44,812 bases of DNA from a virus: positions 1 to 44,812 of the IMG/VR virus record IMGVR_UViG_3300045988_116818; one strand, 5' to 3'. The notes below the pieces were generated by a model. It made no database searches, was not told the origin of the DNA, and was given only the letters and a program-made list of their open reading frames with translations. The position numbers and the translations under genes were made by a program. This document shows positions 16,000 through 25,373 of the stretch, piece after piece. Each line of letters begins with the position of its first letter. The stretch's first letter is position 1.

Positions 16000-17406
16000 A
16001 TGTCGAGCCTGAACCGCGCCCCCAATGGACGGGAGCTGGAAAAACTCATCTCCATCTTTTTGAAAGCTGAGACGGACATCATCAACGAGATCGGGCGGCT
16101 ACACTCCCAGGGGTTGGTAGACTACCACACTGTGGCCGCGCTGGAACGGGTTCAGGCCATCCTTCGCAAGATGGAGAGCGACAGCTGGACTTATGCGCCC
16201 CGAATGATCGAAAAGATGTTCTATGTGCGTGTCCCAGAGGCCAGGCGCATTGAGGGCGATACCCCAGCAAAACACCGTATGGGCTATATCAATGCCATGT
16301 CGCTGACCGGAGAGCAGACGGCCATTGTGGACACGCTGGTGCAGAACCTCATGGGAGAGATTACGGACGCCGCGATGGTGGCGATGGCAACTGTCCAGAG
16401 CGCCGTTGTGGGCCGCACAGAACCGGACGTCTACCGCCGGGTGGGATTGGAGCAGGTAGCCAATCTGCAGGCCGCGGGGCGCGGCGTAAATGCCGCTGTG
16501 CCTGGTTTTGTGGAGGCCTTGCGCCGGGAGGGAATCACGGCGTTTGTAGATAGAGCGGGGCGCAGCTGGAGCCTGCACACATATTGTTCTATGGTGACCC
16601 GCACCACGTCCCGGCAGGCGGAAGTGATGGCGGTGCTGACGGCAGACCCGGAGCAGGACCTGTATCAGATCAGCAGACACGGCACCACCTGCGGCCTGTG
16701 TGCCCCTTATGAGGGCCGGGTATACTCCAAAAGCGGAACCAACCCGGATTTCCCACCCCTGGCGGACGCATTTGGGAAAGTGGACCCCAACGGGCCGAAC
16801 ACACTGACAAACACCTATTTGAACTTGCATCCCAATTGCCTACATTCCCTCCTGCCGTGGACGCCCACGGGAAGATCGGAGGAAGAAATCCAGAAAATCA
16901 AGGACTTTTCCAATCCCGCCAAGAACCCGTACAGCGTAGACCCTCGAACCCAAAAGCAGATTGACGCCTACCGGGCAAAAGAAACGGCCCGCCGTCGGTA
17001 TCTTGCGGATTACCGCCAGTGGGAGCGGTATCGGATGACGCTGGGCGATTCTGTCCCAAAAACCTTTCAGACTTGGCAGACGCATAAGAGCGCCGGTGAT
17101 GCCAAATACAAGGAATGGAAGAGGTTGTATCGTTGGGAGAACAAGCGCCTCAGTTTACAACCACTGATCGGGCAAAGGACATCGACTGGAATAGAGATTA
17201 CGGGTATCTCAAGACACGCTGTTGACAGGGCTGTTTCCCGTGGATTTGATATGGAAAGTGCATTAGAAGCCTTGCGGAATCCTATGAAAGTTGGTACAAT
17301 CAAAATAGACGATGATGGTATGCCAAGTCAAAAATTTCGCGGAGCAAATGCTGAAATTGTTGTGAATCCAGAAAACGGCAATATCATTAGCGGATGGAGG
17401 AAGTAA
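16000..17406 (+). CDS. MuF/SPP1-gp7-type head morphogenesis protein with a C-terminal DUF4258-like (RelE-fold) toxin-like domain
   Basis: The core motif ISRHGTTCGLCAPYEGRVYS is typical of minor capsid/MuF proteins. The C-terminal ~75 aa (GISRHAVDRAVSRGFDMESALEAL...AEIVVNPENGNIISGWRK) resembles DUF4258. Composition drops in GC from about 17150. Confidence 0.8.
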   Translation: MSSLNRAPNGRELEKLISIFLKAETDIINEIGRLHSQGLVDYHTVAALERVQAILRKMESDSWTYAPRMIEKMFYVRVPEARRIEGDTPAKHRMGYINAMSLTGEQTAIVDTLVQNLMGEITDAAMVAMATVQSAVVGRTEPDVYRRVGLEQVANLQAAGRGVNAAVPGFVEALRREGITAFVDRAGRSWSLHTYCSMVTRTTSRQAEVMAVLTADPEQDLYQISRHGTTCGLCAPYEGRVYSKSGTNPDFPPLADAFGKVDPNGPNTLTNTYLNLHPNCLHSLLPWTPTGRSEEEIQKIKDFSNPAKNPYSVDPRTQKQIDAYRAKETARRRYLADYRQWERYRMTLGDSVPKTFQTWQTHKSAGDAKYKEWKRLYRWENKRLSLQPLIGQRTSTGIEITGISRHAVDRAVSRGFDMESALEALRNPMKVGTIKIDDDGMPSQKFRGANAEIVVNPENGNIISGWRK

Positions 17407-17408
17407 CC

Positions 17409-17621
17409 ATGCGTTTAAAATTAACCGCTCAACAATGGGATTTTCTAAAATCTCTTGGAATTGAGGATAGGGACTATTTACAGAACGAAATAGACGATAT
17501 TGTCATTGAAGCCCTGTCTGATGAGCTCATGCGGCATGGCTTTATTGCAAAACAGGAAAACGTCAACGAAATTGGCGCCGCCTGCGAGAGCATCATTGAT
17601 GCGATTGAGGAACAGCGATGA
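17409..17621 (+). CDS. Putative immunity protein for the MuF C-terminal toxin domain
   Basis: GGAGGA RBS. A small acidic protein in the same AT-richer block immediately downstream of the toxin-like domain. Confidence 0.5.
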   Translation: MRLKLTAQQWDFLKSLGIEDRDYLQNEIDDIVIEALSDELMRHGFIAKQENVNEIGAACESIIDAIEEQR

Positions 17622-17740
17622 CCAAAGAATTGATGGATGCAATTCAAAAGGCGCTTGATCATGGATTCCGAGTAGAGATCATAAAGCTCAAGAGCGGGGA
17701 GATACAGGTCAACACCGTGTCCCGGAAATTGCTGAAATAA
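17618..17740 (+). CDS. Small ORF (40 aa), ATGA-coupled to the immunity-like gene
   Basis: Manual translation: MTKELMDAIQKALDHGFRVEIIKLKSGEIQVNTVSRKLLK. Confidence 0.4.
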   Translation: MTKELMDAIQKALDHGFRVEIIKLKSGEIQVNTVSRKLLK

Positions 17741-17782
17741 ATACCGAACCCACGCCCGGAACGACGGGCGGGAAGGACCGAA

Positions 17783-17826
17783 CGAGGTCAGTTATTGCAG
17801 GTTTTGCAATAGCTGGCCTCGTTTTT
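17783..17826 (+). terminator. Rho-independent terminator closing the toxin/immunity insert
   Basis: cgaggtcagttattgca-ggtt-tgcaatagctggcctcg forms a 17-bp stem with two U-G pairs, followed by TTTTT. Confidence 0.75.
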
Positions 17827-17847
17827 GTTTGTTTGCGAGGTGAAGAT

Positions 17848-18081
17848 ATGGACTACAACCAGGAATACATCGACCTGCTCAAACGCTCCCTTGCGAGCGA
17901 AAATGAAACCGTCCGCCTATATCTGGCAGTCATGGCCCTGGCCCCAGATAACGCAATTCCGAAACTGCTGGAAGTGCAGGCCGATGAGACAGACCACATT
18001 GCTATCCTGAGTGATCTGCTCCTGGAGGCGGTCGCCGGGCAGAGCGCCGACCAGGAAGAACTTGTACCGGGGGTGGAGTGA
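17848..18081 (+). CDS. Hypothetical protein upstream of the scaffold gene
   Basis: GAGGTGAAG RBS precedes ATG 17848. Confidence 0.55.
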   Translation: MDYNQEYIDLLKRSLASENETVRLYLAVMALAPDNAIPKLLEVQADETDHIAILSDLLLEAVAGQSADQEELVPGVE

Positions 18082-19274
18082 TGGCGATCGCATACTATGG
18101 CTCAACGATCAGCCCCCATATGGACGTAACGCCGGAGGGATTTCTGATCTGCAGAGATGTACCCATCGCCCGGACGGGGCCGCAGAACTATCTAGCTCGG
18201 GAGATGCAGATGGACGGAGACCCGGAGCGGGTTGTCACCGTGCAGCGGTACCCGGATGACGTATTTGAAGCGGCTGCGCTGGCCTCGTTTGAGGGGAAGC
18301 CGGTGACGGATGGACACCCCCCGGAGAATGTGGGGCCGGAGAATTATGCGGCGTACACGAAAGGCCATGTCCAGAATGTGCGTCGGTCCGGGGAGCACAT
18401 GGTGGCGGACCTGTACATCAACGACGCTAATCTGGCGGAGGAAATCCGAAACAACGTCAAGCGGGAGGTCTCCTGCGGGTACCTCTGCAATTATGTGCTG
18501 GACAGAGCCGGGTACCGGCAAAGCAACATTCGCGGCAATCACGTGGCGGTTGTACCGAAAGGCAGAGCCGGGGCCACGGTTGCAATACAAGACACCGCCC
18601 CAGAGGCGGAGAAAGGCAGGAAAAATTGCATGAGTAAATTTTCAGAAGCCATCCTGACCGCCCTCGGTATGGCGGCAAAGGATGCCCAGAGTGAGGACGA
18701 GCTTAACTCTCTGGTAACAACAGCGGCGACTGCGCTGGACGCTGAACCCGCCGAAAAGGCGCCGGAGGCGGCACCCGTGGAGACCAAGCCCGCCGAGGAC
18801 GAAATGACCGAGAAGGCACCCAAGGGTGACGACCTGGGCAGCAAGCTGGACCGGATTATCGCCATGCTGGAGGCCAAGAGCCGCGGCGGCGAGGGCGAGC
18901 ACCGGCTACACGACGAGGGTGACATTGACGAAGAGATCAAACGACTGCTGGGCAAGGAGGAAGAGGGCAAGTCTATCACCATTCCCGTGGAAAACGACAC
19001 CTGCATGGACGCCGCGACAAAGGACGCCGCCGTGGCACTGCTGCGGAAAGTGCGTCCCGCCGTCGCCTCTATCGAGGACAGGCAGACCCGTGCGAAGGTC
19101 ACAGACGCATTGCTGTCCGCCGTCCGAGGCAATGACGTGATGGGCGAAATCGCCAAGGCCGCCCAGGACAGCGCCAAGGCTACCCAGAACCAGAAAAATA
19201 CCTATGACACCATGTGCACGGAGTCCGAGGCATCCTATGCTGCCCGGAATCCACACAAGAAGAAGGAGGACTAA
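18081..19274 (+). CDS. Scaffolding-type protein (DUF2213-like N-terminus, Ala/Glu-rich C-terminus)
   Basis: YYGSTISPHMDVTPEGFLICRDVPIARTGPQNY...FEGKPVTDGHP resembles DUF2213. It lies between the portal/MuF genes and the capsid gene. Confidence 0.7.
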   Translation: MAIAYYGSTISPHMDVTPEGFLICRDVPIARTGPQNYLAREMQMDGDPERVVTVQRYPDDVFEAAALASFEGKPVTDGHPPENVGPENYAAYTKGHVQNVRRSGEHMVADLYINDANLAEEIRNNVKREVSCGYLCNYVLDRAGYRQSNIRGNHVAVVPKGRAGATVAIQDTAPEAEKGRKNCMSKFSEAILTALGMAAKDAQSEDELNSLVTTAATALDAEPAEKAPEAAPVETKPAEDEMTEKAPKGDDLGSKLDRIIAMLEAKSRGGEGEHRLHDEGDIDEEIKRLLGKEEEGKSITIPVENDTCMDAATKDAAVALLRKVRPAVASIEDRQTRAKVTDALLSAVRGNDVMGEIAKAAQDSAKATQNQKNTYDTMCTESEASYAARNPHKKKED

Positions 19275-19276
19275 TC

Positions 19277-19813
19277 ATGGCACTGAATCCACAGGTAATC
19301 GGCACCAATATGCCCCACGGTTTTGCAGGATGTTATGCGAGGCAACCAGATATGATCGTGGAGACCCGCCCTGCCGGCGGTATCGCGAACATCGTGTTCG
19401 GTACGCCTCTGAAATATGACGAGAACAAGAATGTAGTGGCTTTCTCCGGCACCGGCACCACCGCCGCGCAGTTCGCCGGCGTGGCAGCTGCGGAGATCAA
19501 GTCCGCCATGACCTATCTGGACCCCAGCAACGGTCAGTTCGCCCCTGGAGAGGCCGTAGGCGTGTTTCAGAGGGGCAGCATCAACGTGAAGTGTTACGGC
19601 ACCACGGCCCCCGAGCTGGGCGGCGCGGTGTATGTGCTGCTGAACACTACGGAGACCGCAGGTTTGACCAATGTGCCCGTCGGTTCTTTTACGGCCATGG
19701 AAGACGGTACCACTTCTGCCAACACCGTGCAGCTGACAAACTGTCAGTGGGGCGGCCCTGCTGACGCGAACGGCGTGGCCGAGCTGGTCATTCTGACCAA
19801 GGCCAACGCCTGA
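19277..19813 (+). CDS. Head decoration/cement-like protein
   Basis: GGAGGA RBS. Located immediately upstream of the major capsid gene. Gly/Ala/Thr-rich and beta-type. Family not confirmed. Confidence 0.5.
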   Translation: MALNPQVIGTNMPHGFAGCYARQPDMIVETRPAGGIANIVFGTPLKYDENKNVVAFSGTGTTAAQFAGVAAAEIKSAMTYLDPSNGQFAPGEAVGVFQRGSINVKCYGTTAPELGGAVYVLLNTTETAGLTNVPVGSFTAMEDGTTSANTVQLTNCQWGGPADANGVAELVILTKANA

Positions 19814-19828
19814 GAGGAGGATTAACAC

Positions 19829-20863
19829 ATGAGCTTTACTAATGTTGGAACTACCAACGCCGGCGTATTCACCGCCCAGACTCAGGGCGCGATGATCGGC
19901 GTACCTACCATGGACGCAAATGGCATTCAGTCCGGCGGCGCGTTTCTGGTGAGCGAGCTGGAAAAACGGGACCCGCTGATTCGCAAGCCCCTGACCAGCT
20001 TTACTTATCCCCGTGATATTGTGATTCAGTCCGGCGGCGGCTGGGTGGATTATGTGTCCGCCATGTCCGTGGCTTACGGTATGACCGGCGGCGCGGGGGC
20101 GTCCCCCGTGGCAGCTGGCAGCGCCAACGGCATCCCCATCGTGCAGGCCAGCGTGGACAAGGGCGTGTTCAAGGCGCACACCTTCGCTGCGGCCCTGCGG
20201 GTCATGTGGCAGGATATGCAGCGGGCCAACTACATCGGCCGGTCTCTGGACAACCTGCTGCAAGACGGCGTGCGGATGGCCTATGACAAGCACATGGACC
20301 AGAATACCTATACTGGCATCACTGAGTACGGCACCACCGGCATCGTGAACAACGCCGTCGCCACGGAGACGACGGCGGCCGCTACTGGCACCAGCTCCGG
20401 CACCAAGTGGAGCACCAAAACGCCGGAACAGATTCTGAACGACGTGAACACCGCCCTGTTGACGGTGTGGGCAGCCAACGGCTACGACCTCTCCGCTATC
20501 CCCAACCACATTCTGCTGCCCTATGAGCAGTACAACTACATCATGACCACCAAAGTCACCGACCTGGCAACCGAGACCATCTACGACTTCCTGATGAAGA
20601 ACAACGTGGCGGCCAAGAACGGCGGCGACCTGTTCATCGGCGCTACCCAGTGGTGCAAGGGCGCGGGGACGAGCTCCAGTGACCGCATGGTGGTGTATGT
20701 GAATCATGAACGATTCATCAAGGAGGATGAACTTGTGCCGCTGGCCAGGATTATGTCTCAGCCTAATGTAGAGAATGTCTGCTATGACACCGCGTATATG
20801 GCAAATATCTCTGAGGTACAGATTTTCTATCCAACCTCCATCCTCTACATGGACCAGATTTGA
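19829..20863 (+). CDS. Major capsid protein (DUF2184-type)
   Basis: GAGGAGG RBS. The N-terminal AFLVSELEKRDPLIRKPLTSFTYPRDI and the position after a DUF2213-like scaffold match the DUF1073/DUF2213/DUF2184 gene trio. Confidence 0.85.
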   Translation: MSFTNVGTTNAGVFTAQTQGAMIGVPTMDANGIQSGGAFLVSELEKRDPLIRKPLTSFTYPRDIVIQSGGGWVDYVSAMSVAYGMTGGAGASPVAAGSANGIPIVQASVDKGVFKAHTFAAALRVMWQDMQRANYIGRSLDNLLQDGVRMAYDKHMDQNTYTGITEYGTTGIVNNAVATETTAAATGTSSGTKWSTKTPEQILNDVNTALLTVWAANGYDLSAIPNHILLPYEQYNYIMTTKVTDLATETIYDFLMKNNVAAKNGGDLFIGATQWCKGAGTSSSDRMVVYVNHERFIKEDELVPLARIMSQPNVENVCYDTAYMANISEVQIFYPTSILYMDQI

Positions 20864-20873
20864 GGAGGAAGCC

Positions 20874-21110
20874 ATGTTCGTGCTAAGCAAGCGCAACATC
20901 ATCCTTACCGCTCCGGATGGCTCTGCGGTCATCCAGCTGCGGGCGGGCATGATGGAGACCATTCCGGACTGGGCAGCGAAGACGTCTTATTTCCGGGCCC
21001 TGGTAGCCGACGGTAAGATCGTGCCCTCCGGCACCTCTGACAAGGAGACGCAGCGAGCGGTGGAAAAGACGGTTAAGACCCGCCGAGGCAAAGAAGTAAC
21101 GGAAGAGTGA
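20874..21110 (+). CDS. Hypothetical head-associated protein
   Basis: GAGGAGGAAG RBS. Same-strand packing. Confidence 0.55.
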   Translation: MFVLSKRNIILTAPDGSAVIQLRAGMMETIPDWAAKTSYFRALVADGKIVPSGTSDKETQRAVEKTVKTRRGKEVTEE

Positions 21111-21127
21111 GAAAGGAGACTGCGGGG

Positions 21128-21613
21128 ATGTTTTACGGGAAACCACAATTTTTCGGTGTGCGGGCTGCTGCGGCCAACATCGGGCACAGTGCGGGCAACT
21201 ACACGGTGAATGATTTCCGGACGGACTACCCGCAGTTTTTTAATGCTGATAGGGATTTCCTTGGTTCTCTCCCTATGCTGGAACAGATCATCCAGATGGC
21301 CAATGTCTCCATCCAGCCGGACAAGTGGCTGGAGACATGGAGATATGCCGTGGGGCTGTATGCGGCCCACTATGCGACCCTGTTCCTGCGTGGGTATGCG
21401 TCCAGCAACAAGACGCCAGAGCAAGCGGCGGCCTCCGGGGAGCTGGTGGGCGTGGTGAAGTCCGCCACCCTGGGAGACGCCTCCGTTCAGTACGACACAA
21501 CGGCGTTGACGGCCGGCACGGAGGACTGGGGAGACTTGAACTCCACCACCTACGGGCAGATTCTGGCGAACCGGGCGAAGCTGATCGGCATGAGCGGGAC
21601 ATACGTCATCTAG
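21128..21613 (+). CDS. DUF4054-like head-tail connector protein
   Basis: FRTDYPQF...W...AVGLYAAHYATL...SATLGDASVQY...TTYGQ fits the DUF4054 pattern. AAGGAG RBS. Confidence 0.6.
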   Translation: MFYGKPQFFGVRAAAANIGHSAGNYTVNDFRTDYPQFFNADRDFLGSLPMLEQIIQMANVSIQPDKWLETWRYAVGLYAAHYATLFLRGYASSNKTPEQAAASGELVGVVKSATLGDASVQYDTTALTAGTEDWGDLNSTTYGQILANRAKLIGMSGTYVI

Positions 21614-21623
21614 GAGGCGCGGC

Positions 21624-22007
21624 ATGAATTGGAACGATTGGTACACCGACACCATGAGCATTTACCGGACGCAGGAGGTCATGGACGGAAGTCTTACCCG
21701 GCACGAACGAGCGCTGGTGTCCGAGAACATCCCCTGCCGCATCTACCAGAGCGACAACAGGACTATCAACATGACCGAGACGGCGTCCAACGTGGACCAG
21801 AGCGACCATCTGGCTTGTGATATCTCTGTAGATGTGCGGGCCGGGGATGAGATCATCGTCAAGCGTGGCGGCAGACTTGGGAGACAGGGCCCCACTATCC
21901 GGGCTTTCGCCGGGGACCCAAACCTCTACTATGAGCCGTTCGGGGCCATCATCCCAGGTCTGGCCCACCAGGAAATTCGGCTGTTGCAGCAGGAGCGTGT
22001 GACATGA
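21624..22007 (+). CDS. Head completion/adaptor-like protein
   Basis: Position and size within the connector block. GGAGG RBS. Confidence 0.55.
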   Translation: MNWNDWYTDTMSIYRTQEVMDGSLTRHERALVSENIPCRIYQSDNRTINMTETASNVDQSDHLACDISVDVRAGDEIIVKRGGRLGRQGPTIRAFAGDPNLYYEPFGAIIPGLAHQEIRLLQQERVT

Positions 22008-22525
22008 CACTAGAAGAGCGGATTGCACAGCTGCGGGATGTGTATGCCAGATTCCCCAATGAAGTAGCCAATATTGCAAAAGGGGCTACGATTCGGGCCG
22101 TGGAAAAGGCAACGGAGCTGACGCCGCCTACCGCAGGCGAAGAGGGTGACGAAGAAGGCGGCGAAGAGGGCGGCGACCTCTCCGGCACCAACACCCGGTC
22201 CGGTGGGATGAAGCAGCACTGGGCGTCGGACTCCAAGGTGACCCCTGTCAAGCACGGCAGGAGCTACGTAACACACCTGAACAACGACAAGGGCTATGCC
22301 TCCTATATCAACGACGGACACCGAATGAAACGGCATTTCGTGCCGGGATTGGTCATCAACCCGGAGTCCGGGATGCTGGAATACAACCCGAACGGCAAGG
22401 GCGGCATTGTGGTGGGCACGAAAACCCAGTATGTGGAGGGCCTGTTCATGGAGGAGGCGGCCCATGAGGAATATCACAGGATTATCCGCACAGAGGCGGC
22501 GCGGCTGCGGAGGGCGCTGGAATGA
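22004..22525 (+). CDS. HK97-gp10-like tail completion protein
   Basis: N-terminal FPNEVANIAKGATIRAVEKATELTPP. Position upstream of the sheath gene. Confidence 0.65.
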   Translation: MTLEERIAQLRDVYARFPNEVANIAKGATIRAVEKATELTPPTAGEEGDEEGGEEGGDLSGTNTRSGGMKQHWASDSKVTPVKHGRSYVTHLNNDKGYASYINDGHRMKRHFVPGLVINPESGMLEYNPNGKGGIVVGTKTQYVEGLFMEEAAHEEYHRIIRTEAARLRRALE

Positions 22526-22971
22526 ATTTCACAATTTCCACAATCGCAAAGAGCCTGGCGGACTATCTGACCCCGTCGTTCCCTGGCGTAACCTTCTACG
22601 AGGACCCCAACCAACAGGACAGTAAACCGCCGATGATGTTTTTACAGCAGCGGTACGCCCACATCGAGCCCCGGCGGAACAACGGGTATTATCTGCGGCG
22701 CATCGGGCTGGACCTGACCTATCTTTTGGACTACAACCTGCCCAACATGCAGCAGTTGTATCAGCAGGCGGCGGAACGGCTGGACCTGCTGATGGAGACC
22801 TTTCCGTATTCGGATGGGACGGACACCACCCTGCTGCGGACCTATGACCGGGAGTGGCGGATTGATCTGGATGCTCTCCACTACAAATTCGAGCTGCAGG
22901 TGTTTGTGGAAATTCAGGAGACGGCTGTGAAGATGCAGACCATGGACTATAACGAGGAGGTTGTCAATTGA
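22522..22971 (+). CDS. Tail terminator-like protein
   Basis: ATGA-coupled ORF located just before the sheath gene. Confidence 0.55.
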   Translation: MNFTISTIAKSLADYLTPSFPGVTFYEDPNQQDSKPPMMFLQQRYAHIEPRRNNGYYLRRIGLDLTYLLDYNLPNMQQLYQQAAERLDLLMETFPYSDGTDTTLLRTYDREWRIDLDALHYKFELQVFVEIQETAVKMQTMDYNEEVVN

Positions 22972-23126
22972 GCGCACAGAAATTTACACGCGAGGCGTTG
23001 TTGAAGGACCCTCGCTTTTCCGAGTATCAACGGGATTTCCTGGGCGTGGTCCTGTGGAAAGACGAATACACTTTGGCCGAGGCCGAGAAGACGGTCAAGG
23101 CATTTTTCAAAAAGGAGCGTGATTGA
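22968..23126 (+). CDS. Small ORF (52 aa, TTG start) before the sheath gene
   Basis: Manual translation: LSAQKFTREALLKDPRFSEYQRDFLGVVLWKDEYTLAEAEKTVKAFFKKERD. Confidence 0.35.
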   Translation: MSAQKFTREALLKDPRFSEYQRDFLGVVLWKDEYTLAEAEKTVKAFFKKERD

Positions 23127-23128
23127 GC

Positions 23129-24466
23129 ATGGCCGGTGGAACTTTCACCAGCGAGAACAAAGTTAGACCCGGCGTCTATATCCGGTTTACAAGCTCTCGC
23201 AGCTTAGAGCTCACGGTAAGCGATCGGGGAACCGTGGCGATTGCCGAGGCTTTGAGCTGGGGGCCGGTGGGGACCGTGCAGACCATTGAAGCGGGCGCGG
23301 ACATGACCCCGTACACCGGGTATGACGCGACCAATACCAAAAACCTGTTCTTGCAGGAAATCTTCAAGGGCACCAACCGCACGGCTGCGCCCAGAACTGT
23401 CCTGCTGTATCGGCTGGGGGCGACCGGGCAGGCGCAGGCCACGGCGACCGTAGAGCCTCTGACGGCGACAGCCAAATATCCCGGCACGCGGGGCAACGAT
23501 ATTTCCATTGTGATTACCGCGCTGACCACCCCGGAGAACACCTTCACTGTGTCTACGGTGGTAGATGGTGACATTGTGGACCAGCAGACCGCAAGGACCG
23601 TGGCGGATTTAGTGGCCAACGACTGGGTCAACTGGAGCGGCACCGGTGCATTGAATGCCACTACGGGTGCTAACCTGGCCAACGGCGTGGACGGAACCCC
23701 CGCATCCAGCAATTACTCCAACTTCCTCACCGCCATTGAGCCATACAAGTTCGATGTGCTCATCTACGACGGTTCCGACGCCACCGTACAGAATGCGATG
23801 GTGGCTTTCGTGAAGCGGATGAACGAGGAGGCGGGGACCTATACCCAGCTGGTGGCAGCGGGCCTCACCAATCCGGACAGCCGATATGTGATTAACGTCA
23901 ACTCCGGCGTGGTGTTGAGCGACGGTACGAATCTGCCCCCCCAGCAGGTGACTTGGTGGGCAGGCGGCGCGACGGCGGGGGCCAAGTATAACGAGGACCT
24001 GACCTATGCCACCTACCCCGGCGCGGTGGATGTGACGGCCAAGCTCACCAACAGCGGCTATGAGCAGGCCATCCAGAACGGCGAGTTTGTATTGTGGGCG
24101 GATGACGGCGCGGTGAAGGTGGAGTACGACATCAACTCTCTGGTGACGTATACCCCGGATATTACCGACGTGTATCACTTCAACCGCACCATGCGTCTTG
24201 TGAACACCGTGGCCAACGACATCTACCGGCAGTTCTCTGATGGGTACATCGGAGCTGTAAACAACAATGAACAGGGACGCATGATGTTCAAGAGCGCGAT
24301 TGTGGGCTATCTGCTGACTATCCAGGCCAACAACGGCATTCAGAACTTCACGGCGGACGACGTAGAGGTCCTCCCCGGCGAGGCAGTGGACGCGATTCTG
24401 GTCAACCTGGCTATTCAGGTGGTCGGAAGCGTGAACAAAATCTACGTGACCCTGGAAGTCAATTAA
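23129..24466 (+). CDS. Contractile tail sheath protein (XkdK-like)
   Basis: The MAGGTFTSENKVRPGVYIRF N-terminus is typical of sheath proteins. Its size fits, and it is followed by a tube gene. Confidence 0.92.
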   Translation: MAGGTFTSENKVRPGVYIRFTSSRSLELTVSDRGTVAIAEALSWGPVGTVQTIEAGADMTPYTGYDATNTKNLFLQEIFKGTNRTAAPRTVLLYRLGATGQAQATATVEPLTATAKYPGTRGNDISIVITALTTPENTFTVSTVVDGDIVDQQTARTVADLVANDWVNWSGTGALNATTGANLANGVDGTPASSNYSNFLTAIEPYKFDVLIYDGSDATVQNAMVAFVKRMNEEAGTYTQLVAAGLTNPDSRYVINVNSGVVLSDGTNLPPQQVTWWAGGATAGAKYNEDLTYATYPGAVDVTAKLTNSGYEQAIQNGEFVLWADDGAVKVEYDINSLVTYTPDITDVYHFNRTMRLVNTVANDIYRQFSDGYIGAVNNNEQGRMMFKSAIVGYLLTIQANNGIQNFTADDVEVLPGEAVDAILVNLAIQVVGSVNKIYVTLEVN

Positions 24467-24479
24467 GGAGGTGGAATAG

Positions 24480-24953
24480 ATGGCTTATCTGCTTGCGAAA
24501 GACACGCTGAACGGCGCAGAAGGCTCTGTTGTTGTCACCCGTGACGGAAAGAACTATGTGGTTGCGGGAATGCGGAACATCACCACCAACGCGGAGATGC
24601 AGTCCAGCGATATGCGGGTCATCGGTACCCGGACGATCCAGGACAAGCCCAACGGGGCCAAGCTGACCGGCAGCGGCAATATCTATTACGGCACCAACCT
24701 GTGGACGGACATGGTGCTGGAGTACATCAACACGGGCGTGATGCCGGAGTTCAACATCCAGATCACCAACGACGACCCAACCACATCAGTAGGCTCCCAG
24801 GTGATGGCCTATTACGGTTGTCACCTCACCGGCACCATCCCGCTGTCCATCCTCAACGACGAGGAGGCCATGCTGAACTACGATTTCAACTTTGCTTACA
24901 CCCGGGTTGCCCGGCTGCAGGCGTTCAACGACCCGGCGGAGCTGGGAAGCTAA
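24480..24953 (+). CDS. Tail tube protein (XkdM-like)
   Basis: AAGGAGGTGG RBS. LNGAEGSVVVTRDGKNYVVAGMRNITTNAEM...TGSGNIYYG resembles XkdM. Confidence 0.88.
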   Translation: MAYLLAKDTLNGAEGSVVVTRDGKNYVVAGMRNITTNAEMQSSDMRVIGTRTIQDKPNGAKLTGSGNIYYGTNLWTDMVLEYINTGVMPEFNIQITNDDPTTSVGSQVMAYYGCHLTGTIPLSILNDEEAMLNYDFNFAYTRVARLQAFNDPAELGS

Positions 24954-24962
24954 GGAGGAGCT

Positions 24963-25373
24963 ATGAGCAATTTATCCGCATTCCTGCATCCCGTGACGAC
25001 GCAGGAGGAAAAAGAAGTCATCCTTTCCAAGCGGTTTTTGGATGAAACCGGGGAACCGGCAAAGTTCAAGATTCGCTCCATCACCCAGGAGGAGGCCGAT
25101 GCACTGCTGAAACAGTCCACCCGGTCCGTAAAGCGCCGGGATGGTAGCGTGGACCAAAGCGTGGACGGGCAAGACTTCAACCGGCGTCTGATCGTGGCGG
25201 CCACGGTGGTGCCGGACTTCAAAGCGACGGAGATGTGCAGCGCCTACGGCGTCATGGACCCGCTGCTGGTGCCAGGGAAGATGCTGTTCTCTGGAGAGTT
25301 TTCCAATCTGTTGCGGGAAATCCTGGACCTATCCGGTCTAGATAACTCCGTAGAGGACGAGGCAAAAAACTAA
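24963..25373 (+). CDS. Tail assembly chaperone (XkdN-like), zero-frame product
   Basis: FLHPVTTQEEKEVILSKRF...FKIRSITQEEADAL matches the XkdN pattern. Located between the tube and tape measure genes. Confidence 0.85.
   Translation: MSNLSAFLHPVTTQEEKEVILSKRFLDETGEPAKFKIRSITQEEADALLKQSTRSVKRRDGSVDQSVDGQDFNRRLIVAATVVPDFKATEMCSAYGVMDPLLVPGKMLFSGEFSNLLREILDLSGLDNSVEDEAKN

Noticed and set aside
19271-20962. 563-aa ORF on the minus strand, the longest antisense ORF in the track.
   Set aside because: It lies exactly antisense to the decoration and major-capsid genes. The translation is Arg/Gly/His/Ala-rich low complexity with no RBS. This is a typical shadow ORF of a GC-rich coding region.
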